Shown: positions 50,350 to 60,742 of the stretch, in pieces
Numbering within the stretch: position 1 is the stretch's first letter
Layout of the letters: each line of letters begins with the position of its first letter
NCBI GenBank assembly: GCA_963666975.2
Contig: CAXVYR010000003.1
Span: 736,001-800,000, forward strand
DNA length: 64,000 nucleotides
Source of the DNA: Terriglobia bacterium
GTDB taxonomy: Bacteria; Acidobacteriota; Terriglobia; 2-12-FULL-54-10
Direction: 5' to 3'
Translations under genes and position numbers: made by a program
Notes under the pieces: model-generated
Told to the model about the DNA's origin: nothing
What the model saw: only the letters and a program-made list of their open reading frames with translations
Databases searched by the model: none

Positions 50350-50650
50350 TCCCCAAGTACCGGGGATCTATAGCCCAGTGCCGAGTGTGGCCGCACCGTG
50401 CTGAATTCCTTCCTCCATCCCTCGATCACTATTTGCGCCTCCTTCAACGAATAAAAAATCTCTCCGTTCAGACATTCATCCCGCAGCTCTGAGAGTGGAT
50501 TCCGGCTTCTTGGCATGCTTGGGGGACCGTCTTCCCGCTCGCGATCTGTACTTCGATCTGCCGTAGGCCTGTTACGATCTGTTCCGGTTAGTTCTTCTGG
50601 ATTGACATGACCTTCTTTCCTCCTTGATGAGATTCTCTCTCACTGCAGGT
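50350..50650 (-). mobile_element. Internally deleted IS3-family remnant
   Basis: Minus strand encodes OrfA start (PEQIVTGLRQIEVQIASGKTVPQAC) joined to OrfB end (LRDECLNGEIFYSLKEAQIVIE.WR...RPHSALGYRSP). Confidence 0.8.
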
Positions 50651-50834
50651 GCTGCAAAAAGAGCCGGTCAGGTCACTAATCAGCGGGCACAAAACTTTGT
50701 CCGTTTATCAGCGATGCCGGATCACGCCAGAGAAAGACATCCGGGAAGCCCTGGCACGGACACAGGCCGGGAATGCGGAAAACAGAGACCGGCGCGTTGC
50801 ATCGATTGCAAAGGCCGGAGATTCCGAAAAATGA
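50650..50834 (+). pseudogene. Tyrosine integrase C-terminal remnant facing the tRNA 3' end
   Basis: ISGHKTLSVYQR..I...DIREAL resembles integrase box II. Confidence 0.6.
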
Positions 50835-50927
50835 ACCCCACCTGCACAAATTCCGCACAATCTGCACCCCAATCGGGCAGTGCCTTTTCTGCCGAACTGC
50901 CAACTTGTTGATTTATAGGGAAAGAGT

Positions 50928-51003
<76 letters not shown>

Positions 51004-51018
51004 TTAATAAGTTACGGC

Positions 51019-51350
51019 TTATCTAGCCGTTGATGTAGCGGATATTGTAGCGGGTAGCTGTAATTTATTTTCCTTTTGAAGTCCAGTAATCGTTGTTTCA
51101 TTGAGGTCTTCCAGGCGCTCAAAGGCCCGCTCTATTGCCTCCGGGCTCGGATGAACATACCGCTGAGAAACGGTCACGGTGGAATGTCCCATGAAGTTGC
51201 TCAATCTCAAAAGCATCTGCACGCGCCTCGCCCATGCGAGTGCCGAAGATATGCCTCAGGGAGTGTACCACAAAGTCCTTTGGCAGGCGAAGCAGTGCCC
51301 TCACGCCGAGTTCGTGGCCGTTGCCCTAGCTTCGAGCCTGGCTTTTACCC
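51019..51350 (-). pseudogene. Tyrosine integrase C-terminal remnant (frameshifted) ending just 5' of the tRNA
   Basis: FVVHSLRHIFGTRMGE (box II H-x-x-R) and MGHSTVTVSQRYVH in adjacent frames. Confidence 0.8.
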
Positions 51351-51678
51351 TGGACGTTAGGCAAAGGTTACGTTTGGCAAACTTCGATTTACCTGCTCCA
51401 GTTTCCTCTGATTTACTATCTCATCTTGTGTAATCTTCCCCCATTCATTTCAATCAGACGGGATAACAAGGTGGCGGTTTCCCTGGGTATAAATCTTCCT
51501 TTTGAACCGCCATACCAAACCAAAGTAGTCCGGGCAATTTGCGCTTGACACGACAGGGTGGGAGGCATAGGTTTTCAGGTGAAGAAGCCGGTCTGTTGTA
51601 TGCTTGCAGTTGAACGGCAACCTGGAATGGAAATCCCGGTTCACACGGTTTTTTGAGTCCGAGGAGGGAATCGTTCCG

Positions 51679-52551
51679 ATGCACAGACTCGTAGTTTTTC
51701 TGTTGATTGCACCGTTGATCGTGTTGAGTTGCTCCTCACCCGGTCCGGAAGTAACCTCGCCGGAAGCAGCACCGCCGGAAGTTGCTGCGCCGAGTCCCGG
51801 GAGGGAGGTCATAAATCGAATGATCGAAGCTCACGGAGGGCTGGAGAGATGGCGATCTGCACCGACGGTGAGCTTTGATATCACTTCCGAGCCCGATGGA
51901 AAGGATTTTCGAGTGATGGTGGAGCAGGGAGCGCGCCGTGCTTACCATGATTATCGAAGGTCGGCCGCTCATCCGGCAAAGGAAGCCTGGATTTCCTGGG
52001 ACGGAAAGCAGGCTTGGAGCGAGAATTATTTAGATCCTACGTCGACACGGATAGCTCGTGGGTCGCCACGGATAGTTGCGCTGCTCAATTACTACTTCTT
52101 TAATCTTCCTTGGGTGGCGGCAGACCCGGGTGTGATCCTGAGTGCGCCGGGAACCGGCAGATTCTGGGAGGACCCGACTGAATACATCACGGTGAAAATG
52201 ACTTTTGAACCCGACGTGGGCGACTCGCCCAACGACATTTTCGTTCTGTATATTGATCCAACCAGCTACCGCCTGAGGGCGACCGAATACAACTTTACCT
52301 ACTCTGGCGTCCGTGGACCCCCGAGAATTGCGATTTACGAAGAGTTCACGACAGTAGACGGGCTTACCGTTCCGACGGTTATTTCAATTTATGGCACGGG
52401 AGAGGTCCATCATAGCGAAGACCGCGAGCTTCATTCACGCCGAGAGGCAAGAAACTGGTCATTCCATGAACTATTTGATGAATCGCGGATGGTCATGCCG
52501 CCCAATGCGGAGGTCGATACAAATCTTCCCGTGAAGGAAATTTCACAATAG
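51679..52551 (+). CDS. Putative lipoprotein of unknown function
   Basis: MHRLVVFLLIAPLIVLSC lipobox-like; MIEAHGGLERW, YYFFNLPW, VGDSP.D...LYID. Confidence 0.65.
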   Translation: MHRLVVFLLIAPLIVLSCSSPGPEVTSPEAAPPEVAAPSPGREVINRMIEAHGGLERWRSAPTVSFDITSEPDGKDFRVMVEQGARRAYHDYRRSAAHPAKEAWISWDGKQAWSENYLDPTSTRIARGSPRIVALLNYYFFNLPWVAADPGVILSAPGTGRFWEDPTEYITVKMTFEPDVGDSPNDIFVLYIDPTSYRLRATEYNFTYSGVRGPPRIAIYEEFTTVDGLTVPTVISIYGTGEVHHSEDRELHSRREARNWSFHELFDESRMVMPPNAEVDTNLPVKEISQ

Positions 52552-52789
52552 GCCTATCAGTAGTTGAAACCTCACACGGCGGCATGATCTCGGGAGGTTT
52601 GAAGGCATCAGCCGGTCAAGTTCGCTGATTACCGGAGCACAGAGTCCCTGTACGCTCCTTTGGACCCAATGGGAAACATCTCACCGTACTGGCGACAATT
52701 GCTTTCCCCTCCCCCCCCGTGAAATCTTCCTCCCATTATCTTCAATCCAGTGGGGGGGGTAATCCGTGCCCATATCCCCAGGTGCCCGT

Positions 52790-52927
52790 CTAGCAGCTTG
52801 TTGAAAAAAGAATTTTGAATGGCTCCACGAGTACGCAAATCCTTGTAACCCATTGATCCTGAGTTCGGCGAAATTCCCAAAATTCGGTTTTCAGACCGGC
52901 GAAAATGATTTTTCAACAAGCTGCTAG
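52790..52927. mobile_element. MITE with 19-bp perfect terminal inverted repeats
   Basis: CTAGCAGCTTGTTGAAAAA ... TTTTTCAACAAGCTGCTAG; ends related to the 34506-34633 element. Confidence 0.75.
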
Positions 52928-53233
52928 GTCTTGCCCGCTGGTGGAATCTGGAAATACAAACCGGCCTGTAACCGATAGAATGGAGGTAGTCTCTTGTATA
53001 CTCTCATGTGATCGGAACCTAAATAAATGAAATTCGGATTAAGATTTTGTTGATCTTCGTGGGTGGAAAAACCGTGTTCCAGGTCCCAACTTACTAAATC
53101 TGCTGAACCCCAACAGTGTTTGCGCAGATGGGGACCTCATGAGAAGACTTTTGGCCGCTCACGATCTGTACACGGCGGACAAGCCCCTCGAGTTTGTTCT
53201 CCAATCTTTTTTATCACCAACAGGAGGGACACC

Positions 53234-55063
53234 ATGGGGAGACTCACGTTTTACAGGTTCGCTTTTATCCTCTTTCTTCTTTTCGGGATCATTTCCATTC
53301 CTGCTGCTGTCCAAGCACAGCAGCCGGCCATCCTGGTGATCGAAGGGGGCACGCTGATAGATGGCAATGGAGGAGAACCCCTACGGGATGCTTTGGTCAT
53401 CCTACGGGGAAACAGGATCGAGACTGTGTCTCAAAAAGGGCAAGCGAGCTACCCGGCCGGTGCCCGGGTCCTTCGGGCCGATGGCAAGTTCATCCTTCCC
53501 GGCTTGATGGACGCGCACGTTCACTCCGCTGACTGGTTAGCGGAACTGTTCCTTGCCCACGGTGTGACGTCGATCTTCGACATCGGCGCTGGAAGCCAGT
53601 TGCAATTGGTCCGGCGCGAGGCGGTTGCGCGAGGGAAGATCCCTGGTCCTAGAATCTTTGCGGCGCTGGAGAGTTTGCTGGCTCCTGTGGGGCAAGGACA
53701 CGCAGTGTTTGGTCGCGAAGGGCGCCAGGAGCTGATGACGGTTGAGAAAGCGGTAGAAGTCGTCAAGCGCGCTATTGCCGCCGGCGCCGATCTGTTTAAT
53801 ATACACCGTGGACTCACGCTAGATGTCTGGAAGGCAACCATCGAGGAGGCCCATAAAGCAGGCTTGCCCGTGGTGGCCCAGCCGCTAGGACCCACCCTGT
53901 ATGCGAGGGAAGCGATCTTGGCTGGGGCCGACATCTTGGAGCATGCTGCGGGAATAGGGTACTCGATTGTCAAAGATCCTTCCCAGTGGGAGAGGCACGG
54001 CGAGATCGAAATCCAGGTGATCGACCCGACTCCTTTTGTCGATATGGATCAGGAGAAGGCCGCGGATTTGATCCAACTGATGGTGGAGCGAAATGTCTAT
54101 GTGGAACCGGACCTGATCGCCATAGGGCGAGGAATCTTCGACAAGCGCGAGGAGTGGAAAGCGGAGGATCAGCGGCTCATGGCAGACCCCAATCTCGCCT
54201 ATATTCCGGCGATGGCTCGTGGTAAGTGGATGGCGAACTACGGGGAGTTTGACTATCTGGAGCCTGCCGAATGGGATCGGAGAAAGAGAGGGTTCCAAAA
54301 CATGCAGCGATTTATCGGACAGTTCGTGCGGGCGGGGGGAAAGGTGATGACCGGGACGGATACCTCTGGCAACGGGGGCTGGAACGTGACTGGCATCGGG
54401 TTGCATCGCGAGATGGAACTGTTTATCGAATCGGGCCTGACCCCGATGCAGGCCATCATGGCGGCGACACGCAATGTAGCCGAGGGATACCGGGTGCTGG
54501 ACCGACTGGGAACCATCGAGGTGGGGAAGCTGGCGGATTTGATGGTCGTCAATGCCGACCCTTTACAAGACATCCGAAACACGCAAAAGATCGAGTGGGT
54601 GATCAAGGACGGTAAGGTGATCGATCGAACTTATCATCCGTCGTTTAAGGGTACTTTCACGGCCGCCGGGGTGGAAGCGCTAGAGTGGGTCGAAGCCCTT
54701 AAGCAAGTAACCCTGCAAGGGGTTCCGAGGTCCGGATTAGCGGATCCCACATGGGCCTTTGGGCAGCCCTGTCCGGGGATCGAATACATCTCTCCAAGCA
54801 TGGTGACGGAAGGGGATCCGACCCTGACCCTCACGATTCAGGGAGTGAACTTCACGCCCCAATCGCAGGTCTATTTTGACGGCGAGCCTGTGCCCACCCA
54901 ACTGGTGAGCGCAACGGAGCTGCGAGCCACTATAGACGCGGGTCTCATCCGACGGGCTAGGACATTTCCCATCACGGTGCAAAATCCGGGTCCGCCTTTT
55001 TTCCAACCGCAATGGGGGTCAACCTCTAACCGTGCTCACCTCCTGGTCAATTTTAGATACTAG
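53234..55063 (+). CDS. Exported amidohydrolase with C-terminal IPT/TIG-like domain
   Basis: SD GGAGG; signal peptide; PGLMDAHVH, EHAAG, TGTD, GKLADL; PGIEYISP...GVNF. Confidence 0.85.
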   Translation: MGRLTFYRFAFILFLLFGIISIPAAVQAQQPAILVIEGGTLIDGNGGEPLRDALVILRGNRIETVSQKGQASYPAGARVLRADGKFILPGLMDAHVHSADWLAELFLAHGVTSIFDIGAGSQLQLVRREAVARGKIPGPRIFAALESLLAPVGQGHAVFGREGRQELMTVEKAVEVVKRAIAAGADLFNIHRGLTLDVWKATIEEAHKAGLPVVAQPLGPTLYAREAILAGADILEHAAGIGYSIVKDPSQWERHGEIEIQVIDPTPFVDMDQEKAADLIQLMVERNVYVEPDLIAIGRGIFDKREEWKAEDQRLMADPNLAYIPAMARGKWMANYGEFDYLEPAEWDRRKRGFQNMQRFIGQFVRAGGKVMTGTDTSGNGGWNVTGIGLHREMELFIESGLTPMQAIMAATRNVAEGYRVLDRLGTIEVGKLADLMVVNADPLQDIRNTQKIEWVIKDGKVIDRTYHPSFKGTFTAAGVEALEWVEALKQVTLQGVPRSGLADPTWAFGQPCPGIEYISPSMVTEGDPTLTLTIQGVNFTPQSQVYFDGEPVPTQLVSATELRATIDAGLIRRARTFPITVQNPGPPFFQPQWGSTSNRAHLLVNFRY

Positions 55064-55287
55064 AGCATTTTTCAAATTGGTGTATAGAGGGGGACTGGGA
55101 TCTGCGTCAGGGCACGGTTTTAACCGTGCCGAAAAAAGCAGGGGGGTAGAGCGGCTTTAGCCGCTGAGGTTCATATGTTTCTATCGGGTCCCGTCAGGGG
55201 TTAAAACCCCTGACGGCTGGCCTCGTTGCGGCACGACTGAAGTCGTGCCCTGACGAACCCCTATACATCAATCCGTAAAATGCTGTA
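55061..55287. mobile_element. MITE (same family as 17427-17588) carrying REP-like palindromes
   Basis: TAGAGCATTTT ... AAAATGCTGTA; internal GCACGGTTTTAACCGTGC and GGCACGACTGAAGTCGTGCC; overlaps the amidohydrolase TAG stop. Confidence 0.65.
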
Positions 55288-55474
55288 AGCAAGCGTTGTA
55301 CTCGGTGGAGGAGTCAGGGTTTCAAGAAGGGGATGCACCCTGAGAACCCAGCCTCAAAAAGGGGAGTCCCCGCAGGAGATGGAACAATGACTAGAAAAAG
55401 ATCAAGGTTGGTGCTTCGGGTAGTGGTTGCCAACCTCTTTTTTATTTTTTGGGTGCTTCCGCAATCAAAGGTTG

Positions 55475-56104
55475 TTAAGCAGCCCCTGAAATCGGCGAGT
55501 CTTCCCGGCCGGGCGAATTCTCGTGGAAGATGAACACACAGACGGTCCTGACCAAGCACAAAAAGTTTGGGACGGACGTGAAGACATCGCGGAACGTCAG
55601 CCGCTTTTGGGTCAGGCCTGCCTGCATCGCCGGGGTTTTGACTTCGTGTCCAAACTGCAGAGCACGATGAGGCCTGAGAAAGTTGTCATGGCGTCGCAGC
55701 AGCTCGAGATGATCTTCCAGCCGCCGAGAACGCCGAGCGTGACTGAGGGTCCGACGCCCGAGGTAGGCAGGGCCCTGCCGGATGGTCAGGTTCAAACGTT
55801 CGATGTAGGAAGTATTTAGCTTCCGCGAATTCTCCGAGGCGCGCCACACCTCATTCCAACGCCAAGCCGCACCAAACCTTGCTTTCTGCTGCACTCTGAC
55901 CACGGGATTATTCTTTCGTTTCTTGATGACTTGGCGGTGATAGATTGTGCCACTGTTCCTGCAGAAGGTCCTGCGGCACATCTTGCATCGAAACCGGCGG
56001 CGTTTGCCCCAGCGGGTTGGGTAAAAATCAAAACAAACGATCATTTCCCAAGAAGGGTTTGTTCGCAGTAGACACTTTTCGTTTGGACAGCGGAGATTCT
56101 TCAC
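55475..56104 (-). mobile_element. Internally deleted IS1-like transposase (Zn-finger N-terminus fused to C-terminus)
   Basis: CPNEKC...RFRCKMCRRTF joined to NTSYIERLNLTIRQ...TPAMQAGL. Confidence 0.7.
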
Positions 56105-56320
56105 GGCACTTGAACCCGTTCGTCAGCAGATCTGGCGACTTCAAAAATAGGTCTTAAACCATACCACACGAACGGGTTACAAACGCCCCCAACAACAATT
56201 GTCTGCGGACGCACCTCCTGGCTTTGGAACTCGACGCAGCGGGGGAGTCGCAGAAAGACCGGCGCCATCCCGATTTCTCTCACCAGTCTCAGAGATTGCC
56301 TGGCTCGCAGTTACAGATGG

Positions 56321-58234
56321 TTATTGGCACGGATGGCCGCAAGTCACCGGAGGTGGAGGACCCCACCCTTCAGGAACTCTGCCCTCATCCCAGGTGGAGG
56401 CTCCCACCGGGCTCATGCCGACCTCCCTGGCCATCTGAGAAGTCAAGTGGACCGTCTTGCCGCCAACCACCGTCATCAACACCTGGGTCGTTGGAATCTG
56501 GTCCTCTGGAATGGTCAGTAAATCCTTGTTCAGGACGATGAAATCAGCAAACTTGCCAGGCTCCAACGAGCCCAGTAAATTCTCCCGCAACATGTAGTGG
56601 CCGCCCCATTGGGTCAGCGCTTTGAGCTGGACAATCCGATCCGTTCGCTCACCAGGTCCATAAACCATCTGATCTCGGTCGTTATACCGGTTCATCCCTT
56701 TCAGGATGAAGAAAAACGACTTGAAAGGTATCGGCCGGTCAATCTCAGAAGTGTTCATGACTTCAGCGTCCCACAAACGCTTCCGCGGAACTACCCAATT
56801 GGTGTACTCCAGCCCAAATCGCTTCGCGATTCGCGAGGCACCCCGGTGAGTCTCATATAAAATCGTGTTCAACTGGCTGACCATCATGCCCAGGTTCTTG
56901 ATGCGAGGTATCTGTTCCGGCCGGGGAGCTCCCGCGCTATGATCAAAGGCATGCCGCTTCGCGCGGATCTCTTCCAGCGTCAGCCCAGCCCGTTGGCTTC
57001 CTTCTTCAATCGCATCCATCACGTAGTCAATTCCTTTGTCGCCCGATGTATGCATTGTGGCAAATCGGAGGCCGGATTCAGCGATCGCTACATTCTGGTC
57101 CCATCCAGGTGTGCCGGGCGCATTACGGCATCCCACGCCACCCTGCTGCGGGGTCTCCCCCTGTTGCTCCGCCCACTCAGCTCTCTCTGGAACCGAGAAG
57201 CATCCGCCACTAGAACCAAAAGCCCCGACAAACCATAAGTGGTCTGTCCCGTGTCCTTGCATGCCAGCCAACAATCGCAACGTGTTCACGTCCCAAACAT
57301 GCCCCCGATAAGAATACCCAAACCGCGACGGCATCTCCCCTCTGGCATCTAGCAGATGTAATGCGTGCAGGTTACCAAAAGCATAGGGAGCCGAACCGAA
57401 GGTTGTGGTTCCATAGCTGGCCCAAATTTCCATCTCTGCTTTGAGCACCTGGGCCAGCAAGTCCGTCCTACCACGAAAGAATGCATCCGGCTCCATGGGC
57501 CGATTAAAGCCAGGCCCCCCCCTTATTTCGCTTGCGTTTATGACATCTTCCAGTCTGGGATGGACCTTCTGCAACTCGTCGAGGGCCATTTGGTTTACGT
57601 AAGCGGTAATGAATCCATTTTTCACCTTCACAGGGTTGTTTGGGGCCAACTGGTCAAGCCATTCTTTCGAGAAGGAGTTTCTAAACAGAGGTTGCATCTC
57701 CTCGGCCCATTCCTCATCCGGCCCCCAATTAAAGCTCAACAGGATAGGCTGGCCCGGCCTGGCTTTCCCAACCGCTTCCTGAAGCATAGGCTCGAACCTA
57801 GCCAACTGTTCCTTGGGCGGGAGGTCAGGCATCCACCGGTGGACCAAGAAGTCATCATTCGGGAGCACATGAGTCAGAGCCCGAGGTTCCTGGAAGGCCC
57901 AGTCCGTTGGGTGCTCGTGCGTCAGGATAAAGCTCGGGAATATCGTTCGTCCTTTCACATCAATCTGCTTGGTCTGCGGGCCTGCCAGCGCCCGCATGTC
58001 CGCACTCGTTCCCATCGCAAGAATCTTGTCGTCCCGGATCGCCATCGCCTGCACAATCGTCCCCACGTTGGACGTGAAGGAATCATCATCCATGGTCACA
58101 ATCTTTCCGTTGTAAACAACTGTCTGCGGATACGCGCCTAGGCGCGCCGCTATGTCTGCGTTCTGGGCCCATCCCCAAACACTGCACAACATAATTGCTG
58201 ACAATATTTTCACATTCACGCCTGCTGTTCTCAT
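56321..58234 (-). CDS. Exported amidohydrolase family 3 (YtcJ-like)
   Basis: Signal peptide; LTHEHPTDW, MHTSGD, AFDH, GSLEPGKFADF. Confidence 0.85.
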   Translation of the reverse strand: MRTAGVNVKILSAIMLCSVWGWAQNADIAARLGAYPQTVVYNGKIVTMDDDSFTSNVGTIVQAMAIRDDKILAMGTSADMRALAGPQTKQIDVKGRTIFPSFILTHEHPTDWAFQEPRALTHVLPNDDFLVHRWMPDLPPKEQLARFEPMLQEAVGKARPGQPILLSFNWGPDEEWAEEMQPLFRNSFSKEWLDQLAPNNPVKVKNGFITAYVNQMALDELQKVHPRLEDVINASEIRGGPGFNRPMEPDAFFRGRTDLLAQVLKAEMEIWASYGTTTFGSAPYAFGNLHALHLLDARGEMPSRFGYSYRGHVWDVNTLRLLAGMQGHGTDHLWFVGAFGSSGGCFSVPERAEWAEQQGETPQQGGVGCRNAPGTPGWDQNVAIAESGLRFATMHTSGDKGIDYVMDAIEEGSQRAGLTLEEIRAKRHAFDHSAGAPRPEQIPRIKNLGMMVSQLNTILYETHRGASRIAKRFGLEYTNWVVPRKRLWDAEVMNTSEIDRPIPFKSFFFILKGMNRYNDRDQMVYGPGERTDRIVQLKALTQWGGHYMLRENLLGSLEPGKFADFIVLNKDLLTIPEDQIPTTQVLMTVVGGKTVHLTSQMAREVGMSPVGASTWDEGRVPEGWGPPPPVTCGHPCQ

Positions 58235-58615
58235 GATTCCCCCTTTTTTTGGAAGCCGAAATGTACAACAATATCTTGGCGGCATCACTCTCCTTCGCCA
58301 GGCCGGTTCCCCAATCTGCTGCCTTTCCACCCACCACTGTCATGGGCACCAGGGTATGTGGCATTTCTGTCTCTGGGATCTTCAGGAATCCCGATCCAGG
58401 ACGATGAAATCAACATACGCGCCAAACCCCGGCATCCCCAGATGTTCTCCCCCCATCACGTAATGGCTGCGTTAACGCCTTCAACTGAACGATTCGGTCG
58501 GTTGCTCCTCCCGTCATTATACCGATATATCCGCTTAGGTGATCAAGAAAACATCTCCTGTGGGATCTCTGCAAGTGCCCAATTTTCAAATAGAAACACA
58601 AACTTTTCTTATGCC

Positions 58616-58770
58616 CCAACTCGCTGCTTGATAGAGAAAGCCCTTGTGCTCCACCAACGGCTTCACACTGGGTCTTCCCACCGGACGCGGTAACAGTTCG
58701 GCAATATCCCGTTCCAGGCTATCGTTCGCGGGTATAAGCTTGCCGGCGAAAATTCATAAAGGAAATCCGG
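58616..58770 (-). mobile_element. IS1380 transposase internal fragment plus an IR-like end
   Basis: Minus strand IPANDSLERDIAELLPRPVGRPSVKPLVEHKGFLYQAASW matches the 21244 transposase; GGAAATCCGGG nearby. Confidence 0.75.
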
Positions 58771-58772
58771 GA

Positions 58773-59777
58773 TTAAACGTTCATATAGTGTTTCATCCAG
58801 TGTTCGGCCATGTCAACGTACCGTGCAACCCAGACATCCTGGAATTTCCTGACGTGGTCGAAAAACCGTTCATGCACACCGATCCGGTCGGGAATGCAGG
58901 AGCGCATGGGATGAATCCCATAGGTCAAAGCTCCAGGATATTCTTCTTGTCCGAGTTTATAATAGGAATCAAAAAAATCTTTGACAAATGCAAAAGATTC
59001 CTGTCCGCTCCTGAAACCTTTCAGGCTGCCCGTTTCTGGGAAAACAGCGAAATCGTTGCTGGTCATGGTGCGGTGAGGAATCACCACGATTTTCTTGCCA
59101 TTGCGGGTTTTAATGCCATAGGGCAAATCATCCCCCTTCAAATCCCCATGCCAGATGTATCCTTCCTCTGCCAGGATTGCCGGAGTCTTGTCGGTGCACT
59201 TTGCGCCGGGATTGATCCAACCCGCCGGACGCTGCCCGACTACCTTCTGAATGACCGCTGTCGCCCTTTGAATCTCCCGTCGCTCCTCTGCCTCCGATAG
59301 ATGGGTGGTCGGCACGCCCTGATCGTAACTGCGAGCAACGATTTCGTGCCCTTTGCTGTGAAGCTCGCGAAACAGGTCTGGGTACCGTTCTATCATTCCC
59401 GCATTGGGGAAAATAGAAGCCTTGATGCCGAATTTGTCCAGCAGTTTGATCGCCCGCCAGATGCCCACGGTAAAGACGTATTGGTCCTGCTCCGACTCCA
59501 GCGAAAGATCCCTCTTGTAAGTTGCTCGTGAATCTTGCAACGGCCGATTCGTGTTCCATTCCGATGTTACGTATACATGCAGGCATAGAGGGCCATTATT
59601 CGGCCATCGGATTCTTCCGGCCCTCTCTCGATAGGGAATTCTAATTTCTTCAAAGGGCCAGTCCGGCCATGGTCCTGAAGTGCCACCCTGTAGCTGGGTC
59701 TGTCCGCCGACCCTCCGGATTGAGGCCATCACGGCTCCCGCCGCTGCAAACGCTCTGAAAAAGTTTCTCCGTTCCAT
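58773..59777 (-). CDS. Tat-signal polysaccharide deacetylase-family (PuuE-like) protein
   Basis: MERRNFFRAFAAAG; GIWR..LLDKFGIKASIF, GHEIVAR, GW.NPG, DDLPY, GIHP. Confidence 0.85.
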   Translation of the reverse strand: MERRNFFRAFAAAGAVMASIRRVGGQTQLQGGTSGPWPDWPFEEIRIPYRERAGRIRWPNNGPLCLHVYVTSEWNTNRPLQDSRATYKRDLSLESEQDQYVFTVGIWRAIKLLDKFGIKASIFPNAGMIERYPDLFRELHSKGHEIVARSYDQGVPTTHLSEAEERREIQRATAVIQKVVGQRPAGWINPGAKCTDKTPAILAEEGYIWHGDLKGDDLPYGIKTRNGKKIVVIPHRTMTSNDFAVFPETGSLKGFRSGQESFAFVKDFFDSYYKLGQEEYPGALTYGIHPMRSCIPDRIGVHERFFDHVRKFQDVWVARYVDMAEHWMKHYMNV

Positions 59778-60148
59778 AATTTCCTCCCCAGTTCACCTAA
59801 ATCGGAATTTCCGTTTTGAAGGCTACTTTTCCCGCATCCTACACCAACCACTCTCTTGTAACCAGTTCAGATCACCTTGGCCGTAGCGTTGCGGTTCATT
59901 CTGCCCATTCCGCCGGCCTTCTTTGGTCTCTTTGCCGCCTCCAATCAGCCTCGCAGAAATTGGAATACAGGGAGCATCACACCCTGGCTTGTCTCTTGCT
60001 GACAGGGAGGGTTTTCAGACCATCGCTGGAGCACCGGACTTGAAACCACGCGCACAGGCGAAACCCACAAGACCTCTGCTGCTTCTGCGGTCCTATTCGA
60101 CAAGGACAAGAAGGTCCTCGGGAAGGCTCCTTAAACGTGAATCAAAAC

Positions 60149-60456
60149 TTATTTCGCTTCTTGTAGGTGTTCCAAGAATGAGCGGCCTACGATATCGGGG
60201 TCGGATTCGATTTCCTGGGTCTGAATGTCGGTGAGATAGTGATCGTAAACTGTGGCCCGCTCGTGGGCCAAGGGTGTGGCGCAATAGCAAGTTTCGCACA
60301 TTCGATCATTCCCGGTGCGACGATCCTGGCCCTCCGCATCGACGCCAAGATTTCTTTCCCGTCTGGCTTTTGCCCGGCAATGGTGCCGTCACTCAGTTTC
60401 TTGAAGAAGTCTCCTTTTTTCTCCTCGATGAAATTGGCTCTAATCAAGTAACGCAT
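60149..60456 (-). pseudogene. Small hypothetical protein with a 1-nt frameshift near 60300
   Basis: MRYLIRA...DGTIAGQKPDGKEI..SMRRA continues in a shifted frame as ETCYCATPLAHERATVYDHY...EAK*. Confidence 0.55.
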
Positions 60457-60742
60457 GAAAAACTTCCTCGTCCTTGTCCTTCACAATCCCGGTCGGTGTC
60501 ATCTTTGCCAATCGTAGGAGGCAAGGCCGCCTCCCAGCAGTCCTCGGTTCGCCCTTGTTCACCCGCATGATTGGAACTGTTGCGAAGAGATTACACGAGG
60601 GGAGAGGGGAAAGCAATTGGGTCAGCCCCGGAGCCTTTGCACCCAAAGACGAAAAGAGATTGAACCGATAACGGGGGAGCGTATACTTTGTACTCGAAGC
60701 TTCTGGATTAACCTGCTAACAATCGTCGAGGGGAGGGGGATC

